Below are positions 10,966 through 17,973 of a DNA stretch of 64,000 bases, piece after piece. The notes under the pieces were generated by a model that saw only the letters and a program-made list of their open reading frames with translations, did no database searches and was not told the DNA's origin. Within the stretch, counting starts at the first letter, position 1, and each line of letters opens with the position of its first letter. The position numbers and the translations under genes were made by a program. This stretch comes from Clostridiales bacterium UBA4821 (GTDB lineage: Bacteria; Bacillota; Clostridia; Acetivibrionales; UBA4821): positions 19,465-83,464 of the forward strand of contig DHFP01000251.1 of NCBI GenBank assembly GCA_002402315.1. The letters are read 5' to 3'.

Positions 10966-11037
10966 GGGCGGGTTCTAAACCCGCCCCAAAAACGATACAA
11001 TGCATACAAAGCGGGCAGGTTACGAACCTGCCCCTAC
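10962..11037. repeat. two inverted copies of a ~26-nt GC-rich hairpin element (REP-like)
   Basis: GTAGGGGCGGGTTCTAAACCCGCCCC at 10962-10987. The reverse complement of 11011-11037 reads GTAGGGGCAGGTTCGTAACCTGCCCGC. Neither copy is followed by a U-tract. Confidence 0.6.
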
Positions 11038-11062
11038 ATATTATACATTAAAGGAGATACCA

Positions 11063-11851
11063 ATGGAACTCTTCGATTCACACGCACATTACGATGATAA
11101 CAGGTTTATAGACGATGCTGATGAGGTAATAACTAAAGCTTACGAGAGCGGGGTAAAGTATATCCTAAATGCAGGCTCGGATATTGAGACATCTGAAAAG
11201 AGTATTGAATTGGCCGAAAGGTTTGATTTTGTATATGCATCTGCCGGAGTGCATCCCCATGAGGTGGGAAAGCTGAAGGAAAATGATATGGAGAAAATAA
11301 GGGACCTTTGCAGGCATCCGAAGGTTGTTGCAATAGGTGAAATTGGACTGGACTATTACTATGACCATTCACCGAGGGAAGAGCAGAGACGTTGGCTTTC
11401 TAAACAGTTGAATTTGGCTAAAGAACTTGAGCTTCCGGTCATTATACATAATAGAGATGCACATGACGATACCATGGAGATAGTAAAACAAGAAGCTCCA
11501 TTTAAAGCGGGAGGGGTATTTCACTGCTTTTCCGGAAGTTGGGAAATGGCGAAAGAGTTACTTCAAATTGGATTTTATATTTCATTTGGGGGTCCGGTTA
11601 CTTTTAAAAATGCAAAGAAGACTGTTGAGGTTTTAAGGAATATGCCGATGGATAGAATATTGGTTGAAACTGACTGCCCATATTTGACACCTGAACCTTT
11701 CAGGGGCCGGAGAAATGACTCGTCATATGTCCGCATGGTAGTTGAAAAAGTAGCTGAAGTGAAGGGAATACATATTGATGAATCAGCAAGGGTAACTACC
11801 CAAAATGCAAAAAGGTTATTTCATCGTTCCTTAGAATTTAAAAAAATTTAA
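11063..11851 (+). CDS. tatD: TatD-family metal-dependent DNase/hydrolase
   Basis: DSHAHYDD at the N-terminus and a conserved HCFSG...ETDCPYL pattern. ATG 11063 follows AAGGAG. Confidence 0.9.
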   Translation: MELFDSHAHYDDNRFIDDADEVITKAYESGVKYILNAGSDIETSEKSIELAERFDFVYASAGVHPHEVGKLKENDMEKIRDLCRHPKVVAIGEIGLDYYYDHSPREEQRRWLSKQLNLAKELELPVIIHNRDAHDDTMEIVKQEAPFKAGGVFHCFSGSWEMAKELLQIGFYISFGGPVTFKNAKKTVEVLRNMPMDRILVETDCPYLTPEPFRGRRNDSSYVRMVVEKVAEVKGIHIDESARVTTQNAKRLFHRSLEFKKI

Positions 11852-12078
11852 CTTGCATATTATGTAAACATTGAGAAGGAAATGAATATACTATATCAGT
11901 ATATTTACGTTATGACAGGAGGGAAAAAAGTTTCTGTATATTTATGTTAATTTTCGATAAAAATATACTAGAGGCTAGAAAAATAGGGTAGCTAATCCAA
12001 AGATTTGACAAAATTTAAATTATGAATTAAAATTGACCTAGCCCCTTGATATTTAATTTAGGAGGTAAAGAGATTTAA

Positions 12079-13074
12079 ATGCTCCTTGAAAAGAATATTA
12101 AATGGCATTTGAGGCTAAGACATGTAGTTCTTATAGCTTTTACATTAATTATTGCCTTGCTTGCGAGCGTATTTGTTTATGCATCTCAAGTAAAAGAAGT
12201 TGAGATTGATAATAAAGGCAAGAAAGTTATAGTAAAGACTATGGGAAAGACGGTCGGTGACATTTTAAGGGAAAATGAAATAAAACTTGATAGTGATGAT
12301 ATTGTAGAACCAAAACTGGATCATATGTTAGGACCTTTAGATTCAATAGCTATAAGGGACGCAGCACTGGAAACAGCACACGTGGATAGTAAAAGTGCTA
12401 TCTCGGAAGCTGCTTATCTAGTTAACAATGAAGCAGATGTAACTAGTGCTGGGAGCGAAATACTTCGAGATAAAACCACACGTACTGAGAAAGTAATAGT
12501 TATTAAAGAAGAAGTGCCTTATAAGACGGTAAAGAAAGCTAACAGTAAAATGAAACAGGGGCAAACAAAGGTTGTAAAAGCAGGAAAGGATGGCTTGGCA
12601 GAGAAATCTTACCAAGTCGTGTACCGAGATGGTAAAGAGGTAAGCCGTAAGCAGCTAGGAAAGAAAGTTGTTTCAAAACCTGTTGATAAACTGGTTGAGT
12701 ATGGAACATCATCTATGCTCCTTACCTCAAGAGGAGACAACATTAGGTACAAAAAATGCCTTGTAATGAGTGCTACTGCTTATGATGCCGGTTATGAGAG
12801 TACCGGTAAAAGTCCTGGGCATCCTGGGTATGGAATAACAGCTACAGGCATAAGAGCAAAAAGAGGAGTAGTTGCTGTAGACACAAGAGTTATACCTTTA
12901 GGTACGAGATTATATATTGAAAGTATGCAAAAAGGAGTTTCTAGTTATGGTTATGCTGTAGCTGCAGATACAGGTGGAGCAATAAAAGGGAAAAAAATAG
13001 ACCTGTTTTTTGAAACAAGCAGAGAAGTTAATAACTGGGGACGGCGTAATGTGAAAGTATATATTCTCGAATAA
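12079..13074 (+). CDS. yabE: YabE/RpfB-like cell-wall protein (DUF348 repeats, G5 domain, C-terminal 3D domain)
   Basis: N-terminal TM, G5-like KVVKAGKDGL...VVSKPVDKLVEYGT, and 3D-domain ending VAVDTRVIPLGTRLYIE...AADTGGAIKGKKIDLFF. Position between tatD and rsmA as in Bacillus. Confidence 0.8.
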   Translation: MLLEKNIKWHLRLRHVVLIAFTLIIALLASVFVYASQVKEVEIDNKGKKVIVKTMGKTVGDILRENEIKLDSDDIVEPKLDHMLGPLDSIAIRDAALETAHVDSKSAISEAAYLVNNEADVTSAGSEILRDKTTRTEKVIVIKEEVPYKTVKKANSKMKQGQTKVVKAGKDGLAEKSYQVVYRDGKEVSRKQLGKKVVSKPVDKLVEYGTSSMLLTSRGDNIRYKKCLVMSATAYDAGYESTGKSPGHPGYGITATGIRAKRGVVAVDTRVIPLGTRLYIESMQKGVSSYGYAVAADTGGAIKGKKIDLFFETSREVNNWGRRNVKVYILE

Positions 13075-13116
13075 TACATAAGATAAACTGCGCTAAGGGG
13101 TTGCAGAAAGGATTTA

Positions 13117-13152
13117 AGCCGAAAATTTCTTTATCCAAAGAAATTTTCGGCT
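13117..13152 (+). terminator. intrinsic terminator after yabE
   Basis: 14-bp perfect stem AGCCGAAAATTTCT / AGAAATTTTCGGCT with an 8-nt loop, followed by a T-rich stretch. Confidence 0.7.
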
Positions 13153-13181
13153 CTGTTTATATAATAGTACTAGGAGAAATT

Positions 13182-14033
13182 ATGAATAAATTAGCTGTAA
13201 AGACAAAAGAATTGATGAGAAGATTTAATATCCATCCTAATAAAAGGTTAGGCCAAAATTTTTTAATTGAACAGAAAGTTTTAGACTCAATCATTGCAGC
13301 GGGAGATGTAGGACAAGATGACCTGGTAATTGAAATAGGTCCCGGTCTAGGTACTCTTACTGAAGAATTATGCCGAAAAGCAGGCAAAGTAATTGCAATC
13401 GAACTTGATAGACGATTTATTGGTATACTGGATGATGTTTTAAGCGAATACAATAACTATAAAGTAGTTCAAGGGGATATTCTAAGTCTAAATCTGAAGG
13501 AGCTGCTTGGAGAGATTAATTACCAGGGAGACGTCAAGGTTATTGCAAATCTCCCATACTATATAACTACACCGGTAATCATGAAGCTGCTCGAAGAGGG
13601 AACAGGAATAAAGTCTATCGTAGTAATGGTGCAGAAGGAAGTTGCTGAAAGAATTACTGCCGGTCCCGGAGGCAAAGAGTATGGGGCTCTTACAATAGCT
13701 GTGGCTTTTTATGGTTTACCCGGTATTGTATTAGATGTTCCGCCTCATTCTTTTATTCCGGAGCCTGAGGTCTATTCAAGCGTAATTAGGATAGAAGTAC
13801 AAAAAGAACCGCCAATCTATGTTAAGGATAGGGAAAATTTTTTTAAAATTGTTAGGGCTTCATTCAGCCAGAGACGGAAAACTATTCTAAATGCGCTGTC
13901 TAATTCGGGATTATTTGGATGGGATAAACCAGATTTAAAACAGAAGCTTAATTCCATCGGTATAGTTGAAACAAAACGGCCCGAGACACTATCAATTTCT
14001 GATTATGCCAGGATAGTTAATGAATTAATATAG
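13182..14033 (+). CDS. rsmA: 16S rRNA (adenine1518/1519-N6)-dimethyltransferase
   Basis: LGQNFL motif and SAM-binding VIEIGPGLGTLT. ATG 13182 follows AGGAG. Confidence 0.95.
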   Translation: MNKLAVKTKELMRRFNIHPNKRLGQNFLIEQKVLDSIIAAGDVGQDDLVIEIGPGLGTLTEELCRKAGKVIAIELDRRFIGILDDVLSEYNNYKVVQGDILSLNLKELLGEINYQGDVKVIANLPYYITTPVIMKLLEEGTGIKSIVVMVQKEVAERITAGPGGKEYGALTIAVAFYGLPGIVLDVPPHSFIPEPEVYSSVIRIEVQKEPPIYVKDRENFFKIVRASFSQRRKTILNALSNSGLFGWDKPDLKQKLNSIGIVETKRPETLSISDYARIVNELI

Positions 14034-14064
14034 TAAGCGGAGAGGATAAACCCTCTCCGCTTAC
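14033..14064. terminator. hairpin shared by convergent genes
   Basis: GTAAGCGGAGAGG-ATAAA-CCCTCTCCGCTTAC lies between rsmA and the minus-strand ORF. There is no clear U-tract on either side. Confidence 0.5.
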
Positions 14065-15080
14065 TATATAACCATATCAAACTTTATCAACCAATAGCCG
14101 AACTCACCATATAGTTCTCCGTTACTATTTTCAGGTTTCCACGTACAAGGTAGATTATGAGGGTTTGGGTCTATGCCATATAGAGATGGAATTCCAAAGG
14201 TGAACTGATAAGTATGGTCGAAGACATTTATACCTACTATATAGTATCCATAGATATAGTATGAGGTATTAAGATAGTTGCTCATAAGAATTAGGTTCGG
14301 ATATCCTATCGAATATAGTATTCTCTTTAGCAGTTGATGGTTTTGAATCTTCCACCATTTAGTCGAATTATCACTAATACTAAAGGGCTTACAAACTGAA
14401 AAAGACATAGAGAGCATATTATCAAGAGTTTTAATTCTATCCAGAGTGTATGTTGAATATGTGCATTCATTGAAACTGTCATTACAAACAGGTTGTTCTG
14501 TTGTTTTAATTTGAGAGTCTTTATTGTAGTACTCACTTAGACCATCGGACAGACAATCCAAATAAGGTTCATCCACGTCTGAATTGTGTACATCTAAATT
14601 ATCCCTTCCATCTAAAACTTCTTCAGATTCCTTTTTTCGCTGTAAATTCAAATTGAATCTATTCTTCCATGGTATTTTTTCGCCTCTGTAACCAACTAGA
14701 GGAAATAATATTTTTTCACCTGAGTAATTACTTTGGGGCTGATAAGTTAATGCAACTATATTGTACCTATCAAAACTAATTCCAGCATTATCAGCATTTA
14801 AACCTGAAAACGTTGTTTTCAGGTTGCTTTTTTCTTTGCTGACTTCAATATCGCCAATACAAGCAGTATGAAAGTTATTTTGGTCTGGACATATTAAAAA
14901 GCATTTATAAGAATACCCAGGAGCACACGGCTTTAAATTTATAACATTTAGGTCTATATTGCATTGTTCACCTTTTATTTCAAATCGGACTGAACCTTTT
15001 GGAGGTCCTGAAAGTCCAAAATCTTTATCTTCTTCCAGTAGAGTAATATAGTATTTATAATACTGTGCTTTTTCAGACAA
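14064..15080 (-). CDS. hypothetical Cys/Tyr/Asn-rich protein, no family recognised
   Basis: Long ORF 14064-15095. TTG 15080 lies 6 nt after GGGAGGG. No TM or signal peptide is evident. Confidence 0.55.
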   Translation of the reverse strand: MSEKAQYYKYYITLLEEDKDFGLSGPPKGSVRFEIKGEQCNIDLNVINLKPCAPGYSYKCFLICPDQNNFHTACIGDIEVSKEKSNLKTTFSGLNADNAGISFDRYNIVALTYQPQSNYSGEKILFPLVGYRGEKIPWKNRFNLNLQRKKESEEVLDGRDNLDVHNSDVDEPYLDCLSDGLSEYYNKDSQIKTTEQPVCNDSFNECTYSTYTLDRIKTLDNMLSMSFSVCKPFSISDNSTKWWKIQNHQLLKRILYSIGYPNLILMSNYLNTSYYIYGYYIVGINVFDHTYQFTFGIPSLYGIDPNPHNLPCTWKPENSNGELYGEFGYWLIKFDMVI

Positions 15081-15265
15081 GGGTATCCCTCCCAATGGCT
15101 ATATTATTATAAGATATGAACGTTAATGTTAAATGTTACCAAAAATTTTTATACTATTTTTATTATATTTTTAAAAAATTGATAAATAACATTTAATTTC
15201 TATTGAATTTATATTATAATGTTGTTATACAGGAGTTTTATTACCTTTTTTGGGGGGCTAAATAA

Positions 15266-16201
15266 ATGTTCAAGAAGAAGATTCTTGTTATAGATGATAC
15301 AGAACTAACAGTAAATCTGATTAAAGAGATACTTACCGATGCCGGATATGAGGTTATTATTGCAAATAACGGTAAGAAAGGCCTACAATCGGTTAGGGAA
15401 GAGAAGCCGGATCTTGTAATATTAGATGTAGTAATGCCTGAATTGGATGGCTTTGAAGTATGTAAAATCTTAAGGGAAGATGAGAGTAATAACCTTATGC
15501 CTATACTTATGCTCACATCTCAGGATAATGAAGACGACAAACTTGCAGGACTTGAGTTAGGAGTAGATGACTATATTGTTAAGCCATTTAACCATAGGGA
15601 GCTTTCAAGCAGGGTCAGAAATACATTAAAAAGGATAGACAGAAATAGATGGGCCAATCCACTAACGGGCTTGCAGGGAAATATTGAAATTCATGCTGAG
15701 GTAAATAAGAGAATAGCAAAGAATGAGCTGTTTGCTGTGCTTTATCTGGATTTGGACAACTTCAAAGCCTATAATGATGTTTATGGATTTACCAGTGGAG
15801 ACAGGGCTATTAAGCTTACAGCTGACATTATTGTATCCAATGTACATATGGTTAATAATCCGGGTGATTTTATTGGCCATATTGGTGGAGACGATTTTGT
15901 GGTGATAACCGTACCCGAGAAGATTGATGAATTGTGTGAAGGAATCATTCAAGATTTTGATAATAAGATTCAGGAATTATATTTAGAGGAAGACAGGGCA
16001 AAAGGGTATATATCTACAGTTAATAGGTTAGGCGAGGTTACGGAATTTCCCATAATGACTATTTCTATAGCAGTAGTTACCAATGAAACCCGTACACTGT
16101 ATAGTCCTGTTCAAATTGCAGAGATATCTGCTCAGGTTAAGAAAAAGGCTAAGATGTTATCAGGAAGTGTATATGTTAAAGATAAACGTAAGGATATATA
16201 A
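15266..16201 (+). CDS. response regulator: receiver domain plus GGDEF-type domain with a GGDDF variant motif
   Basis: REC signature (ILVIDD...DLVILDVVMPELDG...KP). GGDEF fold (NPLTGL...YLDLDNFKAYND...GGDDFVV). Confidence 0.8.
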   Translation: MFKKKILVIDDTELTVNLIKEILTDAGYEVIIANNGKKGLQSVREEKPDLVILDVVMPELDGFEVCKILREDESNNLMPILMLTSQDNEDDKLAGLELGVDDYIVKPFNHRELSSRVRNTLKRIDRNRWANPLTGLQGNIEIHAEVNKRIAKNELFAVLYLDLDNFKAYNDVYGFTSGDRAIKLTADIIVSNVHMVNNPGDFIGHIGGDDFVVITVPEKIDELCEGIIQDFDNKIQELYLEEDRAKGYISTVNRLGEVTEFPIMTISIAVVTNETRTLYSPVQIAEISAQVKKKAKMLSGSVYVKDKRKDI

Positions 16202-16206
16202 GTAAC

Positions 16207-16232
16207 AAAAAACTCCCGGTAGGGAGTTTTTT
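16207..16232 (+). terminator. intrinsic terminator
   Basis: AAAAAACTCCC-GGTA-GGGAGTTTTTT. Confidence 0.8.
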
Positions 16233-16303
16233 GTTATAGAGTAATAAAATCTCCATTTGCTAAATATCTATTATTAAACAGTGTAATCCGGGAGATTGAT
16301 AGA

Positions 16304-17011
16304 ATGGTATTGGTCATTAAAAAGCATAATATTTTAATGGCTTGTCTCATAATTACGGTATCATTAGTAATATACAGCTTTGCGGCGGAAGAAGTTACTC
16401 CAACAGTAGTGCTGCCTGTTACTAATAAGGTAATAGTGCTTGATCCTGGTCATGGAGGTCCTGACCCGGGCGCTATAGGAAAGTCCGGTATTTTTGAAAA
16501 AGATATTAATCTGGATATAGTTTTAAAACTGCAAGGTTTTTTGGAACAGAGCGGCTGCATAACCCAACTTACCAGAGCTATAGATGAGTCCATACATGAT
16601 AAGGACAAAAACTCAATCAGAAGAAAGAAAAATTCTGACCTCAAAAACAGAAAGAATATAATTGATACCAGCCAGGCAAATGCATATATATCAATTCACT
16701 TAAACAGTTTTCCCGAAGAGCAGTACAAAGGAGTGCAAAGCTTCTACCCGAGAGATTCTGAGGATAGCAAGAGGCTTGCTAAAAGCATTCAAAAAGAATT
16801 GAAGTCTACCTTGCAGATTAATGACAATAGAGAGGCCTTGCCAATAGGAGATGTTTATTTAATGAAGGATACAAAGATACCTTCAGTCATCGTTGAATGT
16901 GGGTTTCTATCAAACCCCGAGGAAGAAAAAAACCTCTCTACAGAGGAATATAGGAAAAAGATTGCCTGGGGGATATACCTGGGGATAATGAATTTCTTCG
17001 AGGGGTCCTGA
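16304..17011 (+). CDS. cwlD: N-acetylmuramoyl-L-alanine amidase, germination-specific CwlD type
   Basis: N-terminal TM, VIVLDPGHGGPDPGAIG, ISIHLNSF and VIVECGFLSNPEE, which is the Amidase_3/CwlD pattern. Confidence 0.85.
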   Translation: MVLVIKKHNILMACLIITVSLVIYSFAAEEVTPTVVLPVTNKVIVLDPGHGGPDPGAIGKSGIFEKDINLDIVLKLQGFLEQSGCITQLTRAIDESIHDKDKNSIRRKKNSDLKNRKNIIDTSQANAYISIHLNSFPEEQYKGVQSFYPRDSEDSKRLAKSIQKELKSTLQINDNREALPIGDVYLMKDTKIPSVIVECGFLSNPEEEKNLSTEEYRKKIAWGIYLGIMNFFEGS

Positions 17012-17044
17012 ACATCTTTCTTTTTCTACTTCATGGCCCAACCC

Positions 17045-17185
17045 ATGTCATTGCGAGCGAAAATAAATACTTGCGAACCTACTAAGCGTGGCAATCTCAG
17101 ACCTTTAAGGAATACCCTTGCAAATTAGTATTCCTCATTGGTCTGGAGATCCTCACGCTCCATTTTATTCCGCTCAGGATGACAT
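17045..17185. repeat. ~140-nt imperfect palindrome (MITE/REP-like element or structured RNA)
   Basis: Nested complementary arms: ATGTCATTGCGAGCG / CGCTCAGGATGACAT, GCGTGGCAATCTCAGACC / GGTCTGGAGATCCTCACGC, and apical AGGAATAC / GTATTCCT. Confidence 0.6.
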
Positions 17186-17250
17186 AAGCAGTACGATGTA
17201 GTCGTTGTAAGAGACATTAAATTGATAATAAATTCTTACTTAGCTGAGTA

Positions 17251-17796
17251 TCAGCTTGCTTCTTCCAAAAGTATACCTTCATTATAGATATTTTTACTAT
17301 CTTCTCTAAAGTGCTTCTTATTTAGCTTGTTTAAAACATTGATAGTCTTAAACTGAACCAATACAAAAGGTATTAAAATTGCATAGTAAGCCGGAGAGAA
17401 CATCTGGACAATACCTGTCTTAACAAGCCCCCAGGATATAAAGAACATACCAAGGACAAAGAATGCAACTCCGGGGCATATTAGAGCATAACTTCCGGGA
17501 CTCTTTTTCTCACCGCCGACATATTCATCGAAATACCCAACCTTCTTTAGCACTACATAGCCAACATAACCCGTAATTATTTGTAATGATATAAATATTG
17601 AAAGAACTACAAACATAACTACCGGTGAAGGAGAAGTATGGAGAAGGTTATGGGATATACCTGAAGTCAAGCGTACGAAAGTAATTCCAAGCAGAGTTAA
17701 GATGGGAATGGAAACCCAAAGGCTTGGATTATAATTGGAGTTTAAATTTAGATTTAGACTCTCGTATATAACTTTCACACCCCTTTCATTTAGCAT
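17251..17796 (-). CDS. polytopic membrane protein of unknown function
   Basis: ORF 17251-17838. ATG 17796 is preferred because 17838 falls inside the predicted -10/operator region. About 5 TM helices. Confidence 0.6.
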   Translation of the reverse strand: MLNERGVKVIYESLNLNLNSNYNPSLWVSIPILTLLGITFVRLTSGISHNLLHTSPSPVVMFVVLSIFISLQIITGYVGYVVLKKVGYFDEYVGGEKKSPGSYALICPGVAFFVLGMFFISWGLVKTGIVQMFSPAYYAILIPFVLVQFKTINVLNKLNKKHFREDSKNIYNEGILLEEAS

Positions 17797-17810
17797 ATTT
17801 AAAGCCCTAA

Positions 17811-17858
17811 ATACCCATAGGGGGTATTTGATAATCATATAATACCATAGGGGGGTAT
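17811..17858 (-). promoter_or_regulatory. tandem palindromic operators overlapping an extended -10 promoter
   Basis: ATACCCATAGGGGGTAT (17811-17827) and ATACCATAGGGGGGTAT (17842-17858). On the minus strand, TGGTATTAT (17847-17839) is an extended -10, with TTGACA upstream. Confidence 0.55.
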
Positions 17859-17973
17859 ATGATTGTCAAGTATAATTTGGAAATTTTAAAATAAATATTG
17901 TAAATTCAAGCATTGAACTTATAATCTGTATATATTAAAATAGACAAGATTAGAGTAACTTTATTGGAAGAGA

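Noticed and set aside
11852-12078. Checked for a c-di-AMP (ydaO-type) riboswitch upstream of the yabE/rpf-like gene.
   Set aside because: Only a weak GGCTAG/CTAGCC pairing and one AGCTAATCC stretch are present. The conserved GGGGTGAATCC and ACCCGAACCCG-type cores I recall are absent.
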